Positions 9,630 through 17,729 of a DNA stretch of 64,000 bases are shown here, in pieces; within the stretch, counting starts at the first letter, position 1; every line of letters begins with the position of its first letter. Origin of the DNA: Planctomycetales bacterium (GTDB lineage Bacteria; 4484-113); assembly GCA_037441675.1 (NCBI GenBank), contig JBBIRS010000001.1, positions 341,661-405,660 on the forward strand. The letters are read 5' to 3'. The notes under the pieces are model-generated. The model had not been told where the DNA came from, searched no databases, and saw only the letters and a list, made by a program, of their open reading frames with translations. The position numbers were made by a program, and so were the translations under genes.

Positions 9630-11432
9630 TCAAGTTATATCTTCTATTATTTCTCCCGTTGATACACTAACCAAAGCAAGATGTCTTTGGCCCGACTCTC
9701 CCATTGAAACAATCAATAAATCCTCGCCCGGATTTGGCGAAAAGGCAAAACTGTGGATATCCGTGGAGAAGTTAGTCACCTGTCGATAGATTGTGCCTGA
9801 TAGATCAAATAGCCAGATGTTTTTCCTTCCGCCAAAATCGCTAAGGACCGCAACGGATTCGCCATCAGCAGACCAAACCGCAAAAGTCTCATTACTTGAG
9901 AGAGCGCTCGTGAGATTAAAGTTAACCGCCCTACTTTCGCCGAGAAATCCGCTCTTTATAAACACGTCCGCATCTCCACCGTCATCTGTGATGAATAGAA
10001 GTTGATTGTCCTGTAATGGATGAAAATTGGGCTCAGATTCGCTTCTAAAAAACGAAATATCCGCTTCTCTTTGGAAACTTCCGTCTCGGTTCATGGTGAA
10101 AATCTTAGCTGGCAGATTGAATCCCTGTCTCTTTGTATAGGCGATTGTTTGCGAAAATGTGCTTGAAAAGTCGGGTTGAATCTCGTCATTTAACGACGTC
10201 GTGAGCTGGATTACCTCCCTCGTCGCAAGCCTCATTGAGTATATATCCCAATTTCCATTCTCATCGCTCTGATAGCTCACATATACGCCATCCGAGGATA
10301 AACGTGGGTGCCTTTCATTAAAGTCAGTCTCGGTTAAGCGGGTTAACTCCTTTCCATCTAGCTTTAGCGAAAATAGCTCGTAGGTCCCACCTATCTTCCT
10401 AGAAAAGACAATAACGTTTCCAAAGCGCGTCCAATCTGGCTCAATATCGTCTGTAACCTGTGCAACCTGCCCAGTTACAAAAGTTAATTCAACAGGCGAG
10501 GAAATATTCCCTGCGTCATCTTTCAAGCCTAGTATTGAAACTGTATATCTTGTGTTTGCTTGAAGTAGTTCGATAAATTTAATCTTCAGTTTTCTTTCCT
10601 TGATGCTTACCTCAAAAGGTATGTTGGGGTTTATAGCGAGCGCCAAATCCGATCTCGTTTGATTGGGGTTAAGTTTATCCGAGAAAGTCAACTCCACTTC
10701 AACGTTTCTAAAGACATTTGTTTCATCATTTTCGGGCGAACTTCCAATAAGAATTGCGGGGACGTTATCATCATCGGAAACGGTAAAGTATGTGTAAACA
10801 TCCACACCTAAGGAGTTACCCTCTATGTCGCGCAAATTTCTAGAGATTGCCAAGCGGTACTGTTGCGTCTCATCAAGCTCAAACTTCGGACGGATGGTAA
10901 GAACTGCCCCTTCAATGGCTAGGTCAAGCTCGCCAGAGTATGGAGATAGGCTAATGTAATCTTTCACATTTTCTGGCATCAATTCCCTGCTGAACAGTAA
11001 TTCAATTTCCGCATTTTGGGGAACTTCTGTGCCCCTCAGTGGAGGGTTTACTCTAGTGAGCGCGAAGTTCTCGGGGTTTCTGTCCAATACAAGCCTTGCA
11101 TCTAAAATGTTGCCTCCAAGATTAACCATAGTAGCGAGAAAAGTCCCATCAGGAGCTTGAGCGCTTATGTTGTAATTTCCGCCGGATAAATTTTCAAATC
11201 TAAAATTTCCATCCTCATCAGTTTCCGTGTAAAGTTGGGAGAGTTGGATAATCGCGCCCGCGATGGCTCTTGCATCTTCATCAACAACTTTCCCGGCATA
11301 GGTGAACTTCTCCATAGGTGTTGGCGGTTTAGGTTGCGGTGATTTACCCCCACCTCCGCCACAACCAACTAGTATGAACTGAATTGAAGCAAATAGCGTC
11401 AAACAAACAGCTGTTCTCCTGCTGACAATCAT
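9630..11432 (-). CDS. Lipoprotein: carboxypeptidase-regulatory-like domain, two Ig-like domains and a TolB/PD40-like beta-propeller
   Basis: LVGC lipobox plus Gly tract; TDEDGNFRF; two Ig-like units ending L(R/K)D..GN; P.WS.DG-type repeats. Confidence 0.7.
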   Translation of the reverse strand: MIVSRRTAVCLTLFASIQFILVGCGGGGGKSPQPKPPTPMEKFTYAGKVVDEDARAIAGAIIQLSQLYTETDEDGNFRFENLSGGNYNISAQAPDGTFLATMVNLGGNILDARLVLDRNPENFALTRVNPPLRGTEVPQNAEIELLFSRELMPENVKDYISLSPYSGELDLAIEGAVLTIRPKFELDETQQYRLAISRNLRDIEGNSLGVDVYTYFTVSDDDNVPAILIGSSPENDETNVFRNVEVELTFSDKLNPNQTRSDLALAINPNIPFEVSIKERKLKIKFIELLQANTRYTVSILGLKDDAGNISSPVELTFVTGQVAQVTDDIEPDWTRFGNVIVFSRKIGGTYELFSLKLDGKELTRLTETDFNERHPRLSSDGVYVSYQSDENGNWDIYSMRLATREVIQLTTSLNDEIQPDFSSTFSQTIAYTKRQGFNLPAKIFTMNRDGSFQREADISFFRSESEPNFHPLQDNQLLFITDDGGDADVFIKSGFLGESRAVNFNLTSALSSNETFAVWSADGESVAVLSDFGGRKNIWLFDLSGTIYRQVTNFSTDIHSFAFSPNPGEDLLIVSMGESGQRHLALVSVSTGEIIEDIT

Positions 11433-12415
11433 TTCAGCTCAGTTATAGCCATTTCACCGCTCTGAGAATAAATTAAAATCTTACTTTCAAGCGAGTCGAA
11501 CAGGATCTTACCCGCATTGGAGAGATTGGCCGGCAAGCTCATTAAGGCGCTCTCTGTCTTATCTGCTGTCTTTTCTATCATCCTTATTTCATTACCATAA
11601 CTTAAAAGAATCTTGCCAGATTTCAACGGAAGAAAATCCGTTGGATATTGGTACTGCTTAAAAGGGCTGTCTAAAGTTAATTCTGATACCACCTTCGGAA
11701 TTGAAGGGCTGTTCGTACCATCTGCATGAAGGCTTACGATGATTAAACGCTGATCCAAAGGCGCAAGCGCATAAAGAAAAATCTTCTCGCCATATATGAT
11801 GCTTTTAAGTGAGGTTGTATGCCTTCTTCCAAGTGGAAACTGCCAGACCAATTCTCCTTTCCAGCTCTGAGAAATTAGGCTTCCCTCCTCCAAAAGGATT
11901 ATTAGAGTTCCTTCTCTGCGATTTTGAACAATTCCAGTTACTGCAGAGTTTTTCACATCTTGACTTAGCTTCTCGCGAGCAATGCTTGCTTTCCTAACTG
12001 AATTTCCGTCGGTGGTGAATTCGTGGACTATGTCCTCATAAGCGTCGTAAATGATAATTCTATCCCCACCGCTAAAAATGAGTGTTGGCTTGAAGGGCTT
12101 GGTTATACCCGCTTCACTTCTGAAGCTTTTACGACTATCGTCCCTTAAGTTTATTATAGTTAATAATCCCTCCTTGCTCAATGTAACAACAACCAACTCC
12201 GGAGAGAGAAGAGTAGCGCGAGTAATTTCCACTCCTACTTGAATGGTTTTGCGAAGCTGAAAGTCCATTTTGGAGCTTGAGTAAGATGTCAAACTTAGAA
12301 TTAGTGGGGAAACTAACAAAATTGAAAGAATAAAAATGCGACAAAAATTTATCTTAAGTGAATAGCCCGCTCGCTTTTTTATTTCCCTCTGATAGTATTT
12401 TAGCGACCATTCCAT
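11429..12415 (-). CDS. Hypothetical secreted/membrane-anchored protein (possible beta-propeller)
   Basis: 328-aa ORF with N-terminal hydrophobic segment; stop overlaps the next gene's start. Confidence 0.55.
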   Translation of the reverse strand: MEWSLKYYQREIKKRAGYSLKINFCRIFILSILLVSPLILSLTSYSSSKMDFQLRKTIQVGVEITRATLLSPELVVVTLSKEGLLTIINLRDDSRKSFRSEAGITKPFKPTLIFSGGDRIIIYDAYEDIVHEFTTDGNSVRKASIAREKLSQDVKNSAVTGIVQNRREGTLIILLEEGSLISQSWKGELVWQFPLGRRHTTSLKSIIYGEKIFLYALAPLDQRLIIVSLHADGTNSPSIPKVVSELTLDSPFKQYQYPTDFLPLKSGKILLSYGNEIRMIEKTADKTESALMSLPANLSNAGKILFDSLESKILIYSQSGEMAITELK

Positions 12416-12468
12416 AATAACAGAAACATTCTTGTAATGTCCTCTTGAGTATAGCAGAGATTCTCTCT

Positions 12469-12496
12469 TTGAAGGCGGACAAAATAGTGCTAAAAT
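12469..12496 (+). promoter_or_regulatory. Sigma70-type promoter of the 6S RNA
   Basis: TTGAAG, 16 nt, then TAAAAT preceded by TGc (extended -10), ending ~7 nt before the RNA. Confidence 0.55.
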
Positions 12497-12502
12497 AAAG
12501 GT

Positions 12503-12659
12503 AACGCCCTGCGGTGTTCGTTAGGTGGGATACTGAACCGAGCCAACACCTTGAGAATGGGAGCTGATGTCCTGAGCCTCGAGTGGGTGATCGGCTAGGC
12601 TCCCCCCTAGTTGTCTGGGCTCAGGGTGAAGACCCGCCATACGGCATTCGCGGGGCTTA
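12503..12659 (+). ncRNA. ssrS: 6S RNA
   Basis: Closing stem CCCTGCGGTGTTCGT/ACGGCATTCGCGGGG, then GGTGGG/CCCGCC, CTGAACC/GGCTCAG, a central bubble and GGGAGC/GCTCCC; matches the rod-like 6S architecture. Confidence 0.8.
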
Positions 12660-12735
12660 TTCGCAAAATTTGCCTCTCGCTCTAGCCTCGCCATTCGGAG
12701 TAGCCGGCAACTGTGTTGATGTGTAAAGCTGAGTA

Positions 12736-13230
12736 TCACTGCGTTATACAGCTTCTACAGCCGAAGTGGTGGTAGCGAGCTTTCGGTAAAGCGGAACCAC
12801 TTTCCAGCTTTGTATTCAATCGTTGCATTTGTATCGGTAAACTTAGTCTGGCATAGGCAAATTGTCTCTTACGCCCAGCCCCGAATATCCTTATGATAAG
12901 CTCAAAACCCTGACCATCCTTTGTGCGAGAGTAATAAATGACCGAACCGTCTCGTTTATCCCCTATCTCCTCTAACGATTTAAGTAGTTTCCTCTTTTCG
13001 TAAGAATAGGAAATTACCATCTGGCCAGTCATTAGTTACCGAATTCGCCTTGGTTCTCTATTTGGTGGACGACCACTACCTGAAATTGGATACTCAAGCG
13101 GAAGCCCTTCTTTTCTGAGCGAGCTTTCCATCGTTGACTTGAAAGTGGAAGTCTCAGTAACTCTTGAATTGATAACATAAGATGTCAAAGTAATCGCAAA
13201 AGCTATCGTTTTCGCTTTCACTATACCCAT
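12736..13230 (-). pseudogene. Hypothetical secreted protein split by an in-frame TAA (or two small genes)
   Basis: ORFs 13036-13230 and 12736-13032 share a frame, separated by TAA-CTA; the first has a signal-like N-terminus. Confidence 0.35.
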
Positions 13231-13306
13231 ATTACCTGTAAGCGCTTCCCAAGTCTAATATGAGCGTCAGTTGATGTTATGTGCAAGACACGCAATCCGG
13301 TCCCCC

Positions 13307-13675
13307 CTAGCTTAGAAAGCAAACAGAGATAAACTCACACCCAGGCCCTGTATCAGCTGCCAACATTAACTGCCCCTTGTGATAGCATTGATTAGAAGGG
13401 CATTCAGCGCAATCAGTGAGGCATATGTAGTCGTAGGTTGTAAAGGGACAATCAGCGATAAGCCAAAGGTAGTGGCAACCCCGTGGAAGCCCATTTGCTG
13501 GCATCATAGCAAAGCCAACATAACTAATTCCTCGAGTATAATCTTTCCACTCATTTGAGCCGATTCTGCAACACTCCGCCTTCGCAGTTAAGGAAAAAAG
13601 AGAGGAGAATGTTAGCGCCGCAAGTAGAATATTGAGACCGCCTCTAAGCCCCAAACGACTCATGTGCAACTCCAT
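13307..13675 (-). CDS. Small secreted cysteine-rich protein
   Basis: Signal peptide ending AKA, followed by a mature region with 10 Cys. Confidence 0.6.
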   Translation of the reverse strand: MELHMSRLGLRGGLNILLAALTFSSLFSLTAKAECCRIGSNEWKDYTRGISYVGFAMMPANGLPRGCHYLWLIADCPFTTYDYICLTDCAECPSNQCYHKGQLMLAADTGPGCEFISVCFLS

Positions 13676-13835
13676 CTTTTTGTCTTATGCTTGACAATAA
13701 AAATTTTATTCAATTTTTTTTTGAGTTTTTCAACGGCTGAAACTGGGAATCAATATTTGAATCGTCCGTCCTAAGCCCTATCGTTGCACTTTGTGAGACT
13801 CGTAGGATGAGTGAATCAGTGTATAATTTTGCTTG

Positions 13836-14171
13836 ATGGCAGAAGTCACCGAGCTTAAGGATGCCAATTTCTTTTCATATCTAGCGGGAAGCCCAATTCC
13901 CGTCGCGGTCACTTTTTACTCAAGGGGAGCAAAGCCAGCAATGGAAGAGCTAGCCACCATTGAAGAGCTCGCAATTGAGTACGACGGAGTTGTCAAATTC
14001 GCCAAAGCTAACGTAAACGAAACTGAACGGGCTGTGGATTTTCTAGGAATACTTTGCGTGCCATCAATCATTCTCTTTCAAAAACAAAAAATCATTGATA
14101 GGATAGTTGGTCTAATCAGTCGAGAGAAGCTTGCGGAAAGGCTTGAGGAGAATTTGAGAAGACTAGTCTAA
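13836..14171 (+). CDS. Thioredoxin-fold protein lacking the CxxC motif
   Basis: Trx pattern (PVAVTF, KFAKANV, GI..VP, RIVG) with GAKPA where WCGPC is expected. Confidence 0.75.
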   Translation: MAEVTELKDANFFSYLAGSPIPVAVTFYSRGAKPAMEELATIEELAIEYDGVVKFAKANVNETERAVDFLGILCVPSIILFQKQKIIDRIVGLISREKLAERLEENLRRLV

Positions 14172-14231
14172 AAGATGGACTGATTCTATATCTGGAAATG
14201 TAAAGTCTAAGCTGTTGGAATAGATGCGTAA

Positions 14232-15395
14232 ATGGCTATTAGAAGAGTTTACTTGGATTATTCCGCAACGACCTTCGTAAGGGAAGAAGTTCTTGCGGAG
14301 ATGCGTAAATATTTCTCCGTAGTTTTCGGAAATCCATCCTCCCTTCATTCTTTTGGCAGAGAAGCTAGAATCGCCCTTGACGACTCACGGGAAAAGATAG
14401 CGGAATGTCTTCAAGTTAAACCTACCGAGATTGTCTTTACCTCAGGCGGTAGCGAGGCGGATAACTTAGCCATAAAGGGAACCGCCTGGCACTTGAAGGA
14501 AAAAGGCAACCACATAATCACTAGCCAAATAGAGCATCACGCTGTTCTTAACACCTGCAAATGGCTTGAACGACAAGGTTTTCGCGTTACTTACCTGCCC
14601 GTTGATGGCGAAGGTTTTGTGAACCTGGACATCTTGAAAAAAGAAATTTGCGAAGAAACAATTCTTATCAGCATAATGGCAGGCAACAATGAAGTAGGCA
14701 CAATTCAAAACATTGCAGAAATTGCGAGGATAGCAAAGGGAAATGGCGTGCGCTTCCACACGGATGCGGTGCAGTTTGCCTGCTATATGGATTTGAAACT
14801 GGCTGAGATACCAATTGATATGGCTAGCTTTTCTTCGCATAAATTCTACGGCCCAAAGGGCGTTGGGTTTTTGTTTCTGCGCGAAGGGTGCAAGATTGAG
14901 CCGTTACTTCACGGAGGCTCCCAGGAGTGGGAGAAAAGGGCAGGGACGGAGAACTTGGCGGGCATTGTCGGGATGGCTAAAGCCTTCCAGCTTGCAACTA
15001 GCGAAAGGAAAACGGAAACTCCACGCCTAATCGCTCTCCGAGACAAACTTATAGATGGCATTCTGAGCAGAGTTGAAAACGCAAAGGTTAATGGCGCACG
15101 TGTTGAAAGACTCCCAAATAATGCCAACATTGCCTTCTTAGGGCTTGATGCAGAACAGATGCTTGTTCAGCTGGATATGGAAGGGATTGCAGCAAGTAGC
15201 GGTTCAGCCTGCGCCTCTGGCTCTACCGAGCCAAGCCATGTTTTATTGGCTATGGGCGTTGAACCAGAAGAAATCCGGGGCTCCATCAGATTTAGCCTTG
15301 GTCTTAAAAGTGACACGGAACAAATAGACTTTCTTCTAAATAAGATTTCCGAAATTGTTGAAAGACAGCGAAGGATTCATTCAGTAGTATTATAA
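14232..15395 (+). CDS. iscS: Cysteine desulfurase (IscS/NifS class)
   Basis: YLDYSATT, GNPSSLH, SSHKFYGPKG (PLP Lys), SSGSACASG (catalytic Cys). Confidence 0.95.
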   Translation: MAIRRVYLDYSATTFVREEVLAEMRKYFSVVFGNPSSLHSFGREARIALDDSREKIAECLQVKPTEIVFTSGGSEADNLAIKGTAWHLKEKGNHIITSQIEHHAVLNTCKWLERQGFRVTYLPVDGEGFVNLDILKKEICEETILISIMAGNNEVGTIQNIAEIARIAKGNGVRFHTDAVQFACYMDLKLAEIPIDMASFSSHKFYGPKGVGFLFLREGCKIEPLLHGGSQEWEKRAGTENLAGIVGMAKAFQLATSERKTETPRLIALRDKLIDGILSRVENAKVNGARVERLPNNANIAFLGLDAEQMLVQLDMEGIAASSGSACASGSTEPSHVLLAMGVEPEEIRGSIRFSLGLKSDTEQIDFLLNKISEIVERQRRIHSVVL

Positions 15396-15474
15396 ATTTC
15401 CACTTAACACAGCTTTCTTGGGTAAGAAATTTATCAAATATGTATATACAATATTCATAAATATTATTATACTA

Positions 15475-15513
15475 TGTGATTTTATTCACTAAATATATGT
15501 GATTAAAATCATT
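15475..15513. promoter_or_regulatory. Two TGTGA-N6-TCA(C) palindromic operator-like sites (Rex or CRP/FNR type)
   Basis: TGTGAttttatTCACT (15475-15490) and TGTGAttaaaaTCATT (15498-15513) in the AT-rich region upstream of the hdr-mvh operon. Confidence 0.4.
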
Positions 15514-15635
15514 TATAATTGATATAGCAGTAAAAATCCTAATATTATCCATATAATCCGATAATTTCAAGCTATTTATAACCTGTTGCTCATTCATTTA
15601 TCTAAGATAATTTAATAATTTTATACTTCATACCG

Positions 15636-15666
15636 TTGACAGAGATTGTTACATATGGTATATTAT
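15636..15666 (+). promoter_or_regulatory. Sigma70 promoter of the merR-hdr-mvh operon
   Basis: TTGACA at 15636; TATATT (preceded by TGg) at 17-nt spacing and TATTAT at 19-nt spacing. Confidence 0.6.
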
Positions 15667-15694
15667 AATAGACTAAGAAATATATATATTGTGA

Positions 15695-16219
15695 ATGAAA
15701 GCACATAATATTAGTGGTATTTATAACAAGCATAACGAGATGGACACCCACGAACCCTCTACCGGCGTTTACACAATCGGTGTGGCTTCTAGGATGCTTG
15801 GTATCCCGGTGACAATCATAAGAGAGTACGAAGCTTGGGGTTTAGTTCGTCCTTGTGTTACCGCAACTCAAAGGAGAATGTTCTCAGACATTGACATTCA
15901 GATTATGCGTGAACTTAGAAAACTTCAGAAGGATTTCCACCTCAATCTTGCTTCATTGAGGTTTCTCGCCGGTTGTCTTCCCTGTTGGATACTTAAGCCC
16001 TGTTCCTTAAGGGATCGCAAGAGCTGTCAAGTTCCATTTCGGACTGGGGTTCCCTGTTGGGAGTGTGAGGATGCGGTATGCAAGCCAACTTGTGAAGATT
16101 GTAGGTCGTGTCGCGTTTATCGTTCTTTAGCTAATCTCAGTTCCCTCAAACAAGTCCTACGAGAGGCGCTGATTAACTTTGAGGGTGTTGTGAGGGATTT
16201 TGTTCTTGAGGAGGTATAG
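15695..16219 (+). CDS. MerR-family regulator with Cys-rich (two-CW-like) C-terminal domain
   Basis: YTIGVASRMLG...IREYE..GLV.P.....RMFS MerR HTH; C-terminal CLPCW...C...C...CWEC...C...CEDCRSC. Confidence 0.8.
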   Translation: MKAHNISGIYNKHNEMDTHEPSTGVYTIGVASRMLGIPVTIIREYEAWGLVRPCVTATQRRMFSDIDIQIMRELRKLQKDFHLNLASLRFLAGCLPCWILKPCSLRDRKSCQVPFRTGVPCWECEDAVCKPTCEDCRSCRVYRSLANLSSLKQVLREALINFEGVVRDFVLEEV

Positions 16220-16846
16220 ATGACGCGAAAAGAGCTTGTTTCTCAATCCATCAGTTCAAAGGCGAAGCTAAAGGCGGAGGAGCTCTGCAAAATTTTTCTG
16301 GAGGAGATACGGAGGATCCCAGATGGCGAGAGGGTTGACCTTTGCATTCAGTGTGGAACCTGTTCAGGTTCTTGTCCAACCGCAAGCCTTATGGACTACT
16401 CACCCAGGGAGATTATCGCAGCGTTAAGAGCGGGATTGCTGGATAGAGTTTTAATGAGCAACACTGTTTGGCTTTGCACCTCCTGTTACTACTGCACCGT
16501 TCGCTGCCCTCAAAGGATTAAGTTCCCGGACATTATGTATGAGCTAAAGAGGCTTGGTTCTGAGTACGGTTACTTTCCAAAGAAGGCAAAAGCTCCTGTT
16601 ATGGCGAATATTTTCATAAACCTTGTTGACGAACTTGGCAGGAACCATGAGGGAAACCTAATGATGCGGTATTACCTCAAGACTGGTCTTGCGGATGCTT
16701 TTAGGAACGCAGGGCGCGGATTTAAGCTTTACACGAATGGCAGAATTTCCCCGCGTGGTTCAAGGATTAAGGGCATTGACCAGTTAAGGAAAATCAGAGA
16801 AGCATTAGCCCCCTTTGACGTTCATAAAAAGAAGGAGGCGCCGTAA
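16220..16846 (+). CDS. hdrC: Heterodisulfide reductase subunit C
   Basis: CIQCGTCSGSCP and WLCTSCYYCTVRCP 4Fe-4S motifs. Confidence 0.92.
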   Translation: MTRKELVSQSISSKAKLKAEELCKIFLEEIRRIPDGERVDLCIQCGTCSGSCPTASLMDYSPREIIAALRAGLLDRVLMSNTVWLCTSCYYCTVRCPQRIKFPDIMYELKRLGSEYGYFPKKAKAPVMANIFINLVDELGRNHEGNLMMRYYLKTGLADAFRNAGRGFKLYTNGRISPRGSRIKGIDQLRKIREALAPFDVHKKKEAP

Positions 16847-17721
16847 TGGATTATCTTTTCTTCCCGGGCTGTTCACTAGAGTTCACCTCCCGCGGATATG
16901 ACAAATCATCTCGGGCGGTGGCGGAAGCGCTAGGTTGCGTGCTTAAAGACCTTCCCGACTGGAACTGCTGTGGTGCCACAAGTTATATGTCTATCAGAGA
17001 GCTGCGCTCCCACGGATTATCCGCCAGGAATTTAGCTCTTGCGGAGGCGGAAGGTGCAAGCGAGCTTATCACCGTTTGCTCCGCCTGTTACACGGTTCTA
17101 AACAAGACTAACGATTACATTTCCGAAATGCCCGACTTTGCGCAGAAGATTCGCACAGCTCTTGCATCCGCTGGACTTAAGTACGATGGCACGGTGAGAG
17201 TTCGGCACTTACTTGACGTAATCGTCAACGATATTGGATTGGAGGCGGTCAACGAGAAAGTAGTCAAACCACTGACGGGTATGAAGGTAGCCTGCTACTA
17301 CGGCTGTCAGTTAACACGTCCACACGGAAGATTTGATGACCCCGAGTATCCCCAAACCCTTGATCTTCTAGTTGAGGCGCTAGGAGCAACCCCGGTGGAT
17401 TATCCGCTGAAGGCCAAGTGCTGTGGGGCGATGGTTGTCAGCACGCAGAGGAACGACCTTCTTCCGCTGGTTGACGCCTTGCTTGGTGCCGCTCTAGAAG
17501 CTCAAGCGGACTGCATCGTTACTCCCTGTCCCCTCTGCCACTTTAACCTTGAGTTTTATCAGGATGACGTTAATCGTCAGCTTGGTGCGGATTACAAAAT
17601 CCCCATCCACTACTTCACCCAGCTCATTGGGCTAGCTCTTGGGCTTGACGTAAGAGAGCTTGGCTTTGGGTTAGAGCTAATTCCATCTGAAAATCTCATT
17701 AGCGTTTACGCTGGGAAATAG
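16846..17721 (+). CDS. hdrB: Heterodisulfide reductase subunit B
   Basis: FPGCS, WNCCG, CSAC, YYGC, KCCG, CPLC: two CCG domains. Confidence 0.93.
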   Translation: MDYLFFPGCSLEFTSRGYDKSSRAVAEALGCVLKDLPDWNCCGATSYMSIRELRSHGLSARNLALAEAEGASELITVCSACYTVLNKTNDYISEMPDFAQKIRTALASAGLKYDGTVRVRHLLDVIVNDIGLEAVNEKVVKPLTGMKVACYYGCQLTRPHGRFDDPEYPQTLDLLVEALGATPVDYPLKAKCCGAMVVSTQRNDLLPLVDALLGAALEAQADCIVTPCPLCHFNLEFYQDDVNRQLGADYKIPIHYFTQLIGLALGLDVRELGFGLELIPSENLISVYAGK

Positions 17722-17729
17722 GAGGCAAA

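Noticed and set aside
12474..12488. GGCGGACAAAATAGT resembles the Tn7 end sequence as I remember it
   Set aside because: No terminal TGT, no repeated TnsB sites and no transposase; it lies in the 6S promoter spacer and is likely chance.
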